IMG/VR virus record: IMGVR_UViG_2848732850_000001
Location: 2,123 to 66,122 of that record
Length of the DNA stretch: 64,000 nt
Reading direction: 5' to 3' (one strand)
From: a virus
Taxonomy: Duplodnaviria > Caudoviricetes
Below are positions 56,799-64,000 of this stretch, in pieces; the first letter of the stretch is position 1, and each line of letters begins with the position of its first letter. A program made the translations under genes and the position numbers. The notes under the pieces were generated by a model that was not told the DNA's origin, ran no database searches, and worked only from the letters and a program-made list of their open reading frames with translations.

Positions 56799-57130
56799 TG
56801 CGCTGGATTGAAATGGCTCAAACGAATGAGGTTACCGTTAAGGGTACAGCTGAAACAGCTCCATTTATTACGGCTGTTATAAAGGATGAAATTCCCTATA
56901 TGCAATTAAGCTGCAGGGACGAGATATTGCGGATTCATTATAATTTTAAAAAAAATGACGTTGTAAAGGTGGATTTTGACAAGCGTAAAGTATTTATTAA
57001 TGGGCGTTTGCAAATGAAAACCGTCGATCTGCTGTATGCGGATTTTTTTATGCTTCAACCGGGATATAACGAGATTAAGACGGTACCAACAATGCAATTA
57101 GAGGTTGAATATACGGAGAGGTGGTTGTAG
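56798..57130 (+). CDS. Distal tail protein (Dit), C-terminal part
   Basis: GTAET.P...D...DF..RKV.ING...DFF.L.PG.N.I......Y.ERWL. Confidence 0.75.
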   Translation: MRWIEMAQTNEVTVKGTAETAPFITAVIKDEIPYMQLSCRDEILRIHYNFKKNDVVKVDFDKRKVFINGRLQMKTVDLLYADFFMLQPGYNEIKTVPTMQLEVEYTERWL

Positions 57131-60100
57131 GAGTGAAGGAAAAAATATTCGTTTTTGATAAATACGATAACTTACTAGCAATCACTGATAACTATATAAA
57201 GGCTGAATTTGAGGAGACGGTAGAAATGCCCGTCTCTTTTTTAATTGAGTTTCCCGTGGCTGACGATGATGCCAAATATCTAGTTGGCGGCAACCAAGTG
57301 GCTTTTCGTGATCTAAAAGGAGATTTTCGCCTTTTCACCATCCGTGAAGTAGATGACCAAGACGGAGAAGCAACCGAAAAGTTAGTTCACTGCATGCCAG
57401 GCATTCAGGAATTAACAGACGTGATGGTAGAGGAACGTAGACCACAGGATAAAACTGCTGCGTATGTATTGGGTTTAATCCTGGAGAATTCCCGATGGCA
57501 AGTCGGTAAGGTAGCCGACCTTGGAAAAAACTCCACTAGCTTTTATTTTAAAAATGCTTATGAATGCTTAGGGGAACTTACAGAGATTTGGGGTGGAGAA
57601 GTCGTTGACCGTGTCGAGATTAAAGGCAATAAGATTGCTGGTAGATACGTTGATATAGTGCATCGTAAGGGATCTGACACCGGGAAGCGATTCGAAATTG
57701 ATAAGGATATCAAAAACATTACTAGAACCGTACTCTATTATCCAAAAACAGCTCTATACGGGAAAGGAAAATCTCTTGAAACGGAAAACGAAGGTCACAC
57801 AAGAAAAATAACTTTTCGTGATGTTGTTTGGTCTAAGAAAAAAGGCGATCCAGTAGATAAGCCAAAAGGGCAGGAATGGGTAGGAGATCCAGAAGCGTTA
57901 GAAAGTCACGGCATACCTAACCACCAAACAGGCAAAATGATGCACCGTTTCGGCTTATTCGAAGACAACGAGGAAGAAGATCCGGAAAAGCTACTAGCTA
58001 AAACATGGCAAGCTGTGCAAGATGAAAAGGATCCAAAAGCACAATATGAAATGGACATTATCACATTCTACGGTATAGCTGGATATGAACATGAACAGGT
58101 ATTTCTTGGTGATACAGGCATTGCTAGAGATAAAGACATTAAGCCTATGATCCTTATTGAAGCACGTATCATGTCGTGGAAATACGACATTGGTAATCCC
58201 GAAGATGGTAGTCTTGTTTTAGGTAATATCTTAGACTTAGACCCGGATGATAGTGATATTGATTGGGTTATTGACAAAGTAAAGGATAAAGAAGGAAATT
58301 GGGATGCTGGCGGTGGCCCTATTACGGATGACAAGTTTCCAGATGTAAAGCCAGATGTGCCAAAAAACTTTAAAGCAGATGGTCTGTTTAAAACAGTTAT
58401 GCTGTCGTGGACATTTGAATCTACTTATGCAATAGCTGCCTATGAAATCTATGCTAGTCAAACAAATGGATTTGCGCCAGACAAGACAAATTTAATATTC
58501 CGCGGCAAAGTCGGGGGTTATAACCATAAGGTTAATACAGATGAAAAATGGTATTACCGTATTCGTGCTGTTAATACGCATGGCACAGCAAGTGAGTACT
58601 CCGAACAGGTTAGTGCTTCAACTGTGCAACTGGATTTGCCAGATATTGAGGATATTGTTCCGGATTTTATCGAATACGGGATTTATAAAGGAAATGAAGC
58701 TCCTAGTCCTAAAGATTATAAGTATTGGTTAGATACGAGTAAAGAACCTAATATCCTACGTCACTGGAATGGAGAGACATGGAAGCCACTTGCACCTACA
58801 AATGCTGATGAAATAGGTGCGGTTGACATTGCAGGTTATCAAGAACAAGTGGGGCAGATTGTGTCTGATTTAACTGATAAAGTAGATGCAGAATGGGTCA
58901 ATGGAAGGCTTGTCCATAAAGCAAATAAAGATGACGTCTATACAGTTGAACAGCTAGATAATAAGTTTGATAATGTTGTTTCCAAAACAACGTACGAAAC
59001 TGACAAAGACGGTATTATTAAAGATTTAGAAAGCCATGAATCTCGTATTACTCAAACGGAAACAGACATTCAAAGTAAAGTGTCTAATACGCAGTATAAA
59101 CAAGATAAACAAAGCCTTGAGACGTCAATAAAAGAGAATAAGTCGTCAATCGAGCAAAATGCTGAATCGATTGCTTCCAAGGTTTCCAGTGACGAATATC
59201 GAACGGACAAAGAAGGAATTATAAGAGGCTTAGAAAGCCATGCATCTCTTATTAAGCAAAATGCTAAAAGCATTAGCAGTAAGGTTGATGCGACTTATGT
59301 TAAAGGTGAGCTGGGGAAGATTGAGGTTGGTGGAAGGAATTTTATTCTTGATAGTGCTAAATGCCCAATGTCTTTTTATAGAATATCTGGCACAAAAACT
59401 ATTACGGAAAATACAACTGTTCCATCTGGTTATGTAGCTAGTTTTAAAGCTAAGACAGATAATAATGGCGAACCGAATGAAGGGGTTATTTATCTATCTA
59501 TTAAGTCCAGAGCACCTAAGGCTACATCATTTGGAGAAAAATATATGTTTTCTGGATATATCAAAGGGAACAGAGAATTCAAGGTGAGAGTTTTAGGGAA
59601 TAATTCTAAAATGATATCTAGAAATATGAATAAAATAACAACAAATTGGTTTAAATTTGAATGCGTATATGAGGTAACTAACGAAAAAGCAGATAACTAT
59701 AATATGCACTTTTGGATTTCTGATTTTAAAAAGGATGATGAAGTTCAATTTCATTCTATAAAAATAGAAAAAGGCAATAAAGCCACAGATTGGACACCAG
59801 CGCCAGAGGATGTTGAAGCTAGAATAAATGGCATAAACGTAGGCGCTAGAAATTTATTATTAAACAGTAAGAAAAGAATTGTAAGTCCCAGAAACACAGG
59901 AGAATTAAGCGATAATTATAATTTTGAAAGATTTTGGTTATCGGACGGGAAAACAACTGAGAAAGATCAAGAATACACGTTTAGTGCAAAAATAGAAAAA
60001 ACACAAGGTGAATTTGATAAAGTGTCAATATTGGAATATGACCCGGGCGGATTACCTACAATAGGTATACCGATAGATAGTAATGGTTATATTACCACTA

Positions 60101-61515
60101 CTTTTAAAGCTGGTGGAGGCAGGAGATCTATATTAGTTTATGCAGGATTAGCAGGATCAACTAGAGGAAACGGGTTGACCGTTCACGAGGCTAAACTCGA
60201 AAAGGGTAATAAACCAACAGACTGGACACCTGCACCTGAGGACACTGATAGAAAAATCGAATCCGTTGAACACTACGCATCGGAAATTGAACAAACAGCA
60301 AAAGGTATTGAGCAAAATTTTTCAGCAATAAAAACCGACTATAAAACGTTTAAAAATACGGCGAACTCAACGTTTAAGAAACAGGCGGACTTGATAGAGG
60401 GTAAGGTGTCGGAAACGACTTATAACGCCGACATGGATAATATGACCATGCGTGTTAGCACAGCTGAATCAACTATTAAACAGCATGCTGACCGTATAGA
60501 GGCAAAAGTAAGCAAAAACGGCGTAGTATCGAGTATTAACCAATCACCTGAGCAAATTAAAATTAGCGCTGCACGAGTTTCTATTGACGGCGATTTAGTC
60601 GTTCGAAATGGAAAAGTCTACATTAAAGACGGTGTGATTACGAACAGCCTTATCGCAGGAGATGCCAAAATAGACTTTGCTAAGATAGCCAATGTAAAAG
60701 TAACCAATGCGATGATATCTAGTATTACTGCAGATAAAATTAAATCGGGTATTATAGATGCAAATAAGGTGTTAATACGTGTTAAAAACGGTACTCAGGC
60801 TATTCAGATTGATGATAAGGGTTTTAAATCTGTTGACAGCAAAGGTAAAGTGCGAATTTTTATCGGTGTGCGTGATATAGCTGGAAAAGGGCAGTCTGAC
60901 CCCGCAACAATCATATTTTATGGAGGAAAAGGCGGAGCAGCAGGAAGTATTGGAAGTAATGTTAATGATGATTTAATTATTGGTTCCAAAAACGGAGCTC
61001 TACAATTCGATGTAAAGAAAAACATGCTTTATTATGCGCAGGAGCATAGGTTTGTAGCAGGAAATAACAATAAATATTGGAGGTTTTTAAACCGAAATAG
61101 CGCTGAGGGTCATCTGAATCCAATTATAGAGCCGTCTCACAGCGGTTGGGGTTATATAGGAACGAAACCAGCGCGTCTTTGGAGAATTTATGTTAATTAT
61201 CTGCATTGTAATGATGTAATAAAAAATTCCACAAGAGACATGAAAGAAAATATTAATGATTTTGCACCAGAAATGGCGCAAAACATTTTCGATCAAGTAA
61301 AAATTAAATCATATCATTACAAAAATGACGATAAGCAAAGCTCTAGATGCAGGAAAAGCTATGGTCCTATCGCGGAAGAAAGTCCAAAAGAAATATTGGA
61401 TGAACAAGGCGATGCTTTAGTACAAGACAACTATATAAACGTTATTGCAGGAGCACTAAAATATCAACAACAGCGTATTGACGAACTAGAAAAAATCATA
61501 AAAGGAGAATCCTAA
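57121..61515 (+). CDS. Tal/central tail fibre: endopeptidase-like N-domain, FN3, two CBM-like modules, S74 chaperone
   Basis: FN3 YYRIRAVN.HG..S..S; 2x G.RN...EKGNK.TDWTPAPED; C-terminal S.RDMKENI...G.IAEE. Confidence 0.9.
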   Translation: MVVGVKEKIFVFDKYDNLLAITDNYIKAEFEETVEMPVSFLIEFPVADDDAKYLVGGNQVAFRDLKGDFRLFTIREVDDQDGEATEKLVHCMPGIQELTDVMVEERRPQDKTAAYVLGLILENSRWQVGKVADLGKNSTSFYFKNAYECLGELTEIWGGEVVDRVEIKGNKIAGRYVDIVHRKGSDTGKRFEIDKDIKNITRTVLYYPKTALYGKGKSLETENEGHTRKITFRDVVWSKKKGDPVDKPKGQEWVGDPEALESHGIPNHQTGKMMHRFGLFEDNEEEDPEKLLAKTWQAVQDEKDPKAQYEMDIITFYGIAGYEHEQVFLGDTGIARDKDIKPMILIEARIMSWKYDIGNPEDGSLVLGNILDLDPDDSDIDWVIDKVKDKEGNWDAGGGPITDDKFPDVKPDVPKNFKADGLFKTVMLSWTFESTYAIAAYEIYASQTNGFAPDKTNLIFRGKVGGYNHKVNTDEKWYYRIRAVNTHGTASEYSEQVSASTVQLDLPDIEDIVPDFIEYGIYKGNEAPSPKDYKYWLDTSKEPNILRHWNGETWKPLAPTNADEIGAVDIAGYQEQVGQIVSDLTDKVDAEWVNGRLVHKANKDDVYTVEQLDNKFDNVVSKTTYETDKDGIIKDLESHESRITQTETDIQSKVSNTQYKQDKQSLETSIKENKSSIEQNAESIASKVSSDEYRTDKEGIIRGLESHASLIKQNAKSISSKVDATYVKGELGKIEVGGRNFILDSAKCPMSFYRISGTKTITENTTVPSGYVASFKAKTDNNGEPNEGVIYLSIKSRAPKATSFGEKYMFSGYIKGNREFKVRVLGNNSKMISRNMNKITTNWFKFECVYEVTNEKADNYNMHFWISDFKKDDEVQFHSIKIEKGNKATDWTPAPEDVEARINGINVGARNLLLNSKKRIVSPRNTGELSDNYNFERFWLSDGKTTEKDQEYTFSAKIEKTQGEFDKVSILEYDPGGLPTIGIPIDSNGYITTTFKAGGGRRSILVYAGLAGSTRGNGLTVHEAKLEKGNKPTDWTPAPEDTDRKIESVEHYASEIEQTAKGIEQNFSAIKTDYKTFKNTANSTFKKQADLIEGKVSETTYNADMDNMTMRVSTAESTIKQHADRIEAKVSKNGVVSSINQSPEQIKISAARVSIDGDLVVRNGKVYIKDGVITNSLIAGDAKIDFAKIANVKVTNAMISSITADKIKSGIIDANKVLIRVKNGTQAIQIDDKGFKSVDSKGKVRIFIGVRDIAGKGQSDPATIIFYGGKGGAAGSIGSNVNDDLIIGSKNGALQFDVKKNMLYYAQEHRFVAGNNNKYWRFLNRNSAEGHLNPIIEPSHSGWGYIGTKPARLWRIYVNYLHCNDVIKNSTRDMKENINDFAPEMAQNIFDQVKIKSYHYKNDDKQSSRCRKSYGPIAEESPKEILDEQGDALVQDNYINVIAGALKYQQQRIDELEKIIKGES

Positions 61516-61516
61516 A

Positions 61517-61681
61517 ATGGAACAAGAAGTTAATTTGCAGTATGTAGTGAATGCATTAAGTAATCAAGTTGCGCAGTTGTCGCAAGAAAAAGCTTATCAC
61601 GAGGCGATAATCGCTGCACAGCAAGAGAAAATTAATGAGTTAAAGGCAAACGCACCACAGGATGAGGAAAACGCTAAATAG
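61517..61681 (+). CDS. Small coiled-coil protein (54 aa), not in ORF track
   Basis: RBS AAGGAG; MEQEVNLQYVVNALSNQVAQL... Confidence 0.6.
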   Translation: MEQEVNLQYVVNALSNQVAQLSQEKAYHEAIIAAQQEKINELKANAPQDEENAK

Positions 61682-61692
61682 GCGTATTTTTT

Positions 61693-61998
61693 ATGTCGAA
61701 ATACAGGGGGTTAAGCATGAGTGAAAAAGAACAATGGTATGACAACAAGGAATTACACGCACAAATAACATCATTATCAGGTCAAATTAGAGATTTAGGA
61801 CATGAAATGCGAGAAACTCGCACAATGATTAAACAGTATAACGGACTACGTGAAAAAATAGAAGTTGTTGAGGATAAAGTAGAAAAGATTGAAGCTTTAA
61901 CAGAAGGTAAAAAAACATTTGCAGAAGCTATTCGCCTATGGGGTGGATGGCTTTTTGCTTTGGTTACTTTAGCAGTATTACTTATTGATAAATTTTAA
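61693..61998 (+). CDS. XhlA-like lysis-associated membrane protein
   Basis: Coiled coil plus C-terminal TM helix, lysis cassette position. Confidence 0.6.
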   Translation: MSKYRGLSMSEKEQWYDNKELHAQITSLSGQIRDLGHEMRETRTMIKQYNGLREKIEVVEDKVEKIEALTEGKKTFAEAIRLWGGWLFALVTLAVLLIDKF

Positions 61999-62203
61999 GG
62001 AGGTAATTATAAATGGAAGAAAGAGTGAAAGAATTAGAAAATAAAGTAGCAATGTTAGAAAGTGAGATTGATCAACTAAGGAAAGAGCTAAAGTTTTATG
62101 TTGATGGGGTAGTCGCGGGTATTATGAAAAATTAAATGAATTAATATAAATTACACCTCTTCTCCGATTTATAGTAGAATATTTTGGGGAGGGAGGTGTA
62201 AAA

Positions 62204-62593
62204 ATGGATAGAAAAGAAATTGCTGACAAGATCAGACAAAGTATAATTGACAAAGATAAAGAATTAATAGTTGATACTGTCGACAAATTGACGGATAGTA
62301 TAACTAGATTTTACGCTTTTGACATTGCTTTAAAGGCAGAATACTCAGAATTATCAAGGGAAGTCACATTCAACCCAAAAGGTGTTAAGTTTAATTACAA
62401 AAATACATCGTTAATAGTTTTGTTAAATCAAGAAGACTATAAAATTACAGTATCTAAGAAAACTGCAGATGACGAGACTGTATTGGATGAAATAGTTGCT
62501 AATAACGGGAAATTAACCTGTCATGACGGCGAATTCAATATTGATGAGGTAGACGATTACTTAGCAAAATGTTTTGCAACTTTATTAGATTAA
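62204..62593 (+). CDS. Moron-like hypothetical protein
   Basis: AT-rich, strong RBS, own terminator. Confidence 0.65.
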   Translation: MDRKEIADKIRQSIIDKDKELIVDTVDKLTDSITRFYAFDIALKAEYSELSREVTFNPKGVKFNYKNTSLIVLLNQEDYKITVSKKTADDETVLDEIVANNGKLTCHDGEFNIDEVDDYLAKCFATLLD

Positions 62594-62596
62594 ATG

Positions 62597-62623
62597 GAAG
62601 CACTCCGAATGGAGTGCTTCTTT
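62597..62623 (+). terminator. Intrinsic terminator
   Basis: GAAGCACTCC-GAAT-GGAGTGCTTC-TTT. Confidence 0.8.
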
Positions 62624-62705
62624 AATTTTACAATATAACTGTTTAAACGGCTAGTCCAATCGGGCAAGCCGTTTTTTAATTATTTTATATCAAGGAGGAA
62701 TTATT

Positions 62706-62975
62706 GTGAAAATCAATTGGAAAGTAAGAGCAAAGAAGAAATCATTTTGGCTGGCTTTAGTTCCTGCAATTGTATTATTGATACAAATTGTAGGTAATTG
62801 GTTTGGATATGATATTGCAGCAGAATTAATTAATGCAGAAGCTGCGAAATTTATCAATGCACTTTTTGCTGTTCTAGTTATTTTGGGTATTGTTAATGAT
62901 CCTACTACAAGTGGGCTAAGTGACAGTAAGCGGGCTTTGAATTATAAAAAGCCTAGAAAGGATAAACAACGTTGA
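62706..62975 (+). CDS. Holin (phiLC3 family)
   Basis: MKINWKVR.K...FW...LGIV.DPTT.G.SDS.RAL.Y..P. Confidence 0.93.
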   Translation: MKINWKVRAKKKSFWLALVPAIVLLIQIVGNWFGYDIAAELINAEAAKFINALFAVLVILGIVNDPTTSGLSDSKRALNYKKPRKDKQR

Positions 62976-63028
62976 TTAAGGTGCTCGTATGGGCGCCTTT
63001 TTTATATAAAAATAAAGGAGAGATCAAT

Positions 63029-64000
63029 ATGGTTAAAAAAGTAGCATGGGGAGCTGGACATGGAATTCATACACCGGGTAAACGTACACCAGACGGTGAA
63101 AGAGAATGGTCATTTAACAACGTTGTGGTAACAGAAGGAATAAAGCATTTAGAAGGCAACTATGATGACGTTGAAGTTTTACGTCTGGATGACCCAACAG
63201 GAGAACGTGACGTACCATTGCAAGAGCGTACAAATAAAGCAAATGCTTGGGGCGCTGATGTTTATGTTTCAACACACCATAACGCTAATACAGGCAAATG
63301 GGGTTCTTGGACAGGTACAGAGACTTACACTTATTTAGGCAACCACCCAAGCACTGAGCAACTTGCCAGTAAAGTGCATAAACGTATCGTTAACGCTTAT
63401 GGTTTAAGAGATAGAGGGTTGAAAAAGGCTGACTTTCATGTGCTTCGTGAAACAAAAATGGATGCTATCTTAACAGAAGGTGGTTACATGGATTCTACAA
63501 TTGATATTAAGAAGCTGCGTGATAATGAAGTGCTAAAGAAAGCTGGACGGGCTATAGCTGATGGTATTGCTGATTTTCTTAATTTAGAGCTTAAAAAAGG
63601 TGGCTCTAAACCAAGTAAACCTGTATCTAAACCTAAACCATCTAAAAAATATAAAAGTGTTGTTGATTATCTTAAAGCCCAGGGAATGGATTCCAGCTTT
63701 AGCAACCGTAAAAAGTTAGCTGCTAAATACAGCATAAAAAACTACAGTGGTACAGCTGACCAAAATGTTAAGCTATTAAATAAATTGCAGGGTGGTTCTA
63801 CCGCATCCAGCAAGCCAAAACCAAAATCCTTTAAAGTCGGTCAGAAAGTAACTGTCAAAAAATCAGCAAGTAAATTTGCTACCGGGCAATCAATCGCAAG
63901 TTTCGTCAAGGGGAATACGTATAGAGTCGCGCAAGTTAAGTCTGATCGCGTATTGCTTGATGGTATTATGTCGTGGGTTTATAAGACCGATATCTACTAA
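63029..64000 (+). CDS. Endolysin, N-acetylmuramoyl-L-alanine amidase (Amidase_3) with cell-wall-binding domains
   Basis: AGHG...E, S.HHNA, TEGGYMD; SVVDYLK..G.DSSF.NRKKLA module; SH3-like end. Confidence 0.93.
   Translation: MVKKVAWGAGHGIHTPGKRTPDGEREWSFNNVVVTEGIKHLEGNYDDVEVLRLDDPTGERDVPLQERTNKANAWGADVYVSTHHNANTGKWGSWTGTETYTYLGNHPSTEQLASKVHKRIVNAYGLRDRGLKKADFHVLRETKMDAILTEGGYMDSTIDIKKLRDNEVLKKAGRAIADGIADFLNLELKKGGSKPSKPVSKPKPSKKYKSVVDYLKAQGMDSSFSNRKKLAAKYSIKNYSGTADQNVKLLNKLQGGSTASSKPKPKSFKVGQKVTVKKSASKFATGQSIASFVKGNTYRVAQVKSDRVLLDGIMSWVYKTDIY

Larger units (their letters stand above)
1..64000 (+). mobile_element. Temperate siphophage/prophage, phBC6A51-like, Bacillaceae host; ends not visible
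   Basis: Contiguous replication, nucleotide metabolism, terminase, portal, capsid, tail tube, tape measure, Tal, holin and amidase modules; no clear host housekeeping context. Confidence 0.93.

Noticed and set aside
1-64000. tRNA genes, integrase, att sites
   Set aside because: No cloverleaf/T-loop pattern or recombinase motifs noticed; integration functions probably lie outside the window

Overview
The window is an almost complete temperate siphophage/prophage of a Bacillaceae host, apparently phBC6A51-like. The integrase and att sites are not in the window. Gene order on the + strand: HTH initiator-like fragment, DnaC-like loader, DnaB helicase, primase, SSB, family A DNA polymerase, DHH phosphoesterase, exonuclease, RuvC, NrdAB, three DNA methyltransferases, an AT-rich accessory island (33.5-38.5 kb), a second HTH gene, terminase, head, tail and lysis genes. 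The most notable item lies in the island: a stand-alone transcription unit made of a near-consensus sigmaA promoter, one type I-C-like CRISPR repeat, a 34-nt spacer-length segment and a terminator. It is surrounded by small acidic ORFs whose promoters carry palindromic operators, plus candidate HTH and RHH repressors, which suggests a combined RNA and protein anti-CRISPR/anti-defence locus. Also seen: a non-coding element with compensatory base changes downstream of both HTH genes ~39.6 kb apart, a structured RNA before ssb, a repeated phage-specific promoter motif, two programmed frameshift sites, a split Dit gene and a multi-TRD cytosine methyltransferase. All annotation is by eye; no searches were run.
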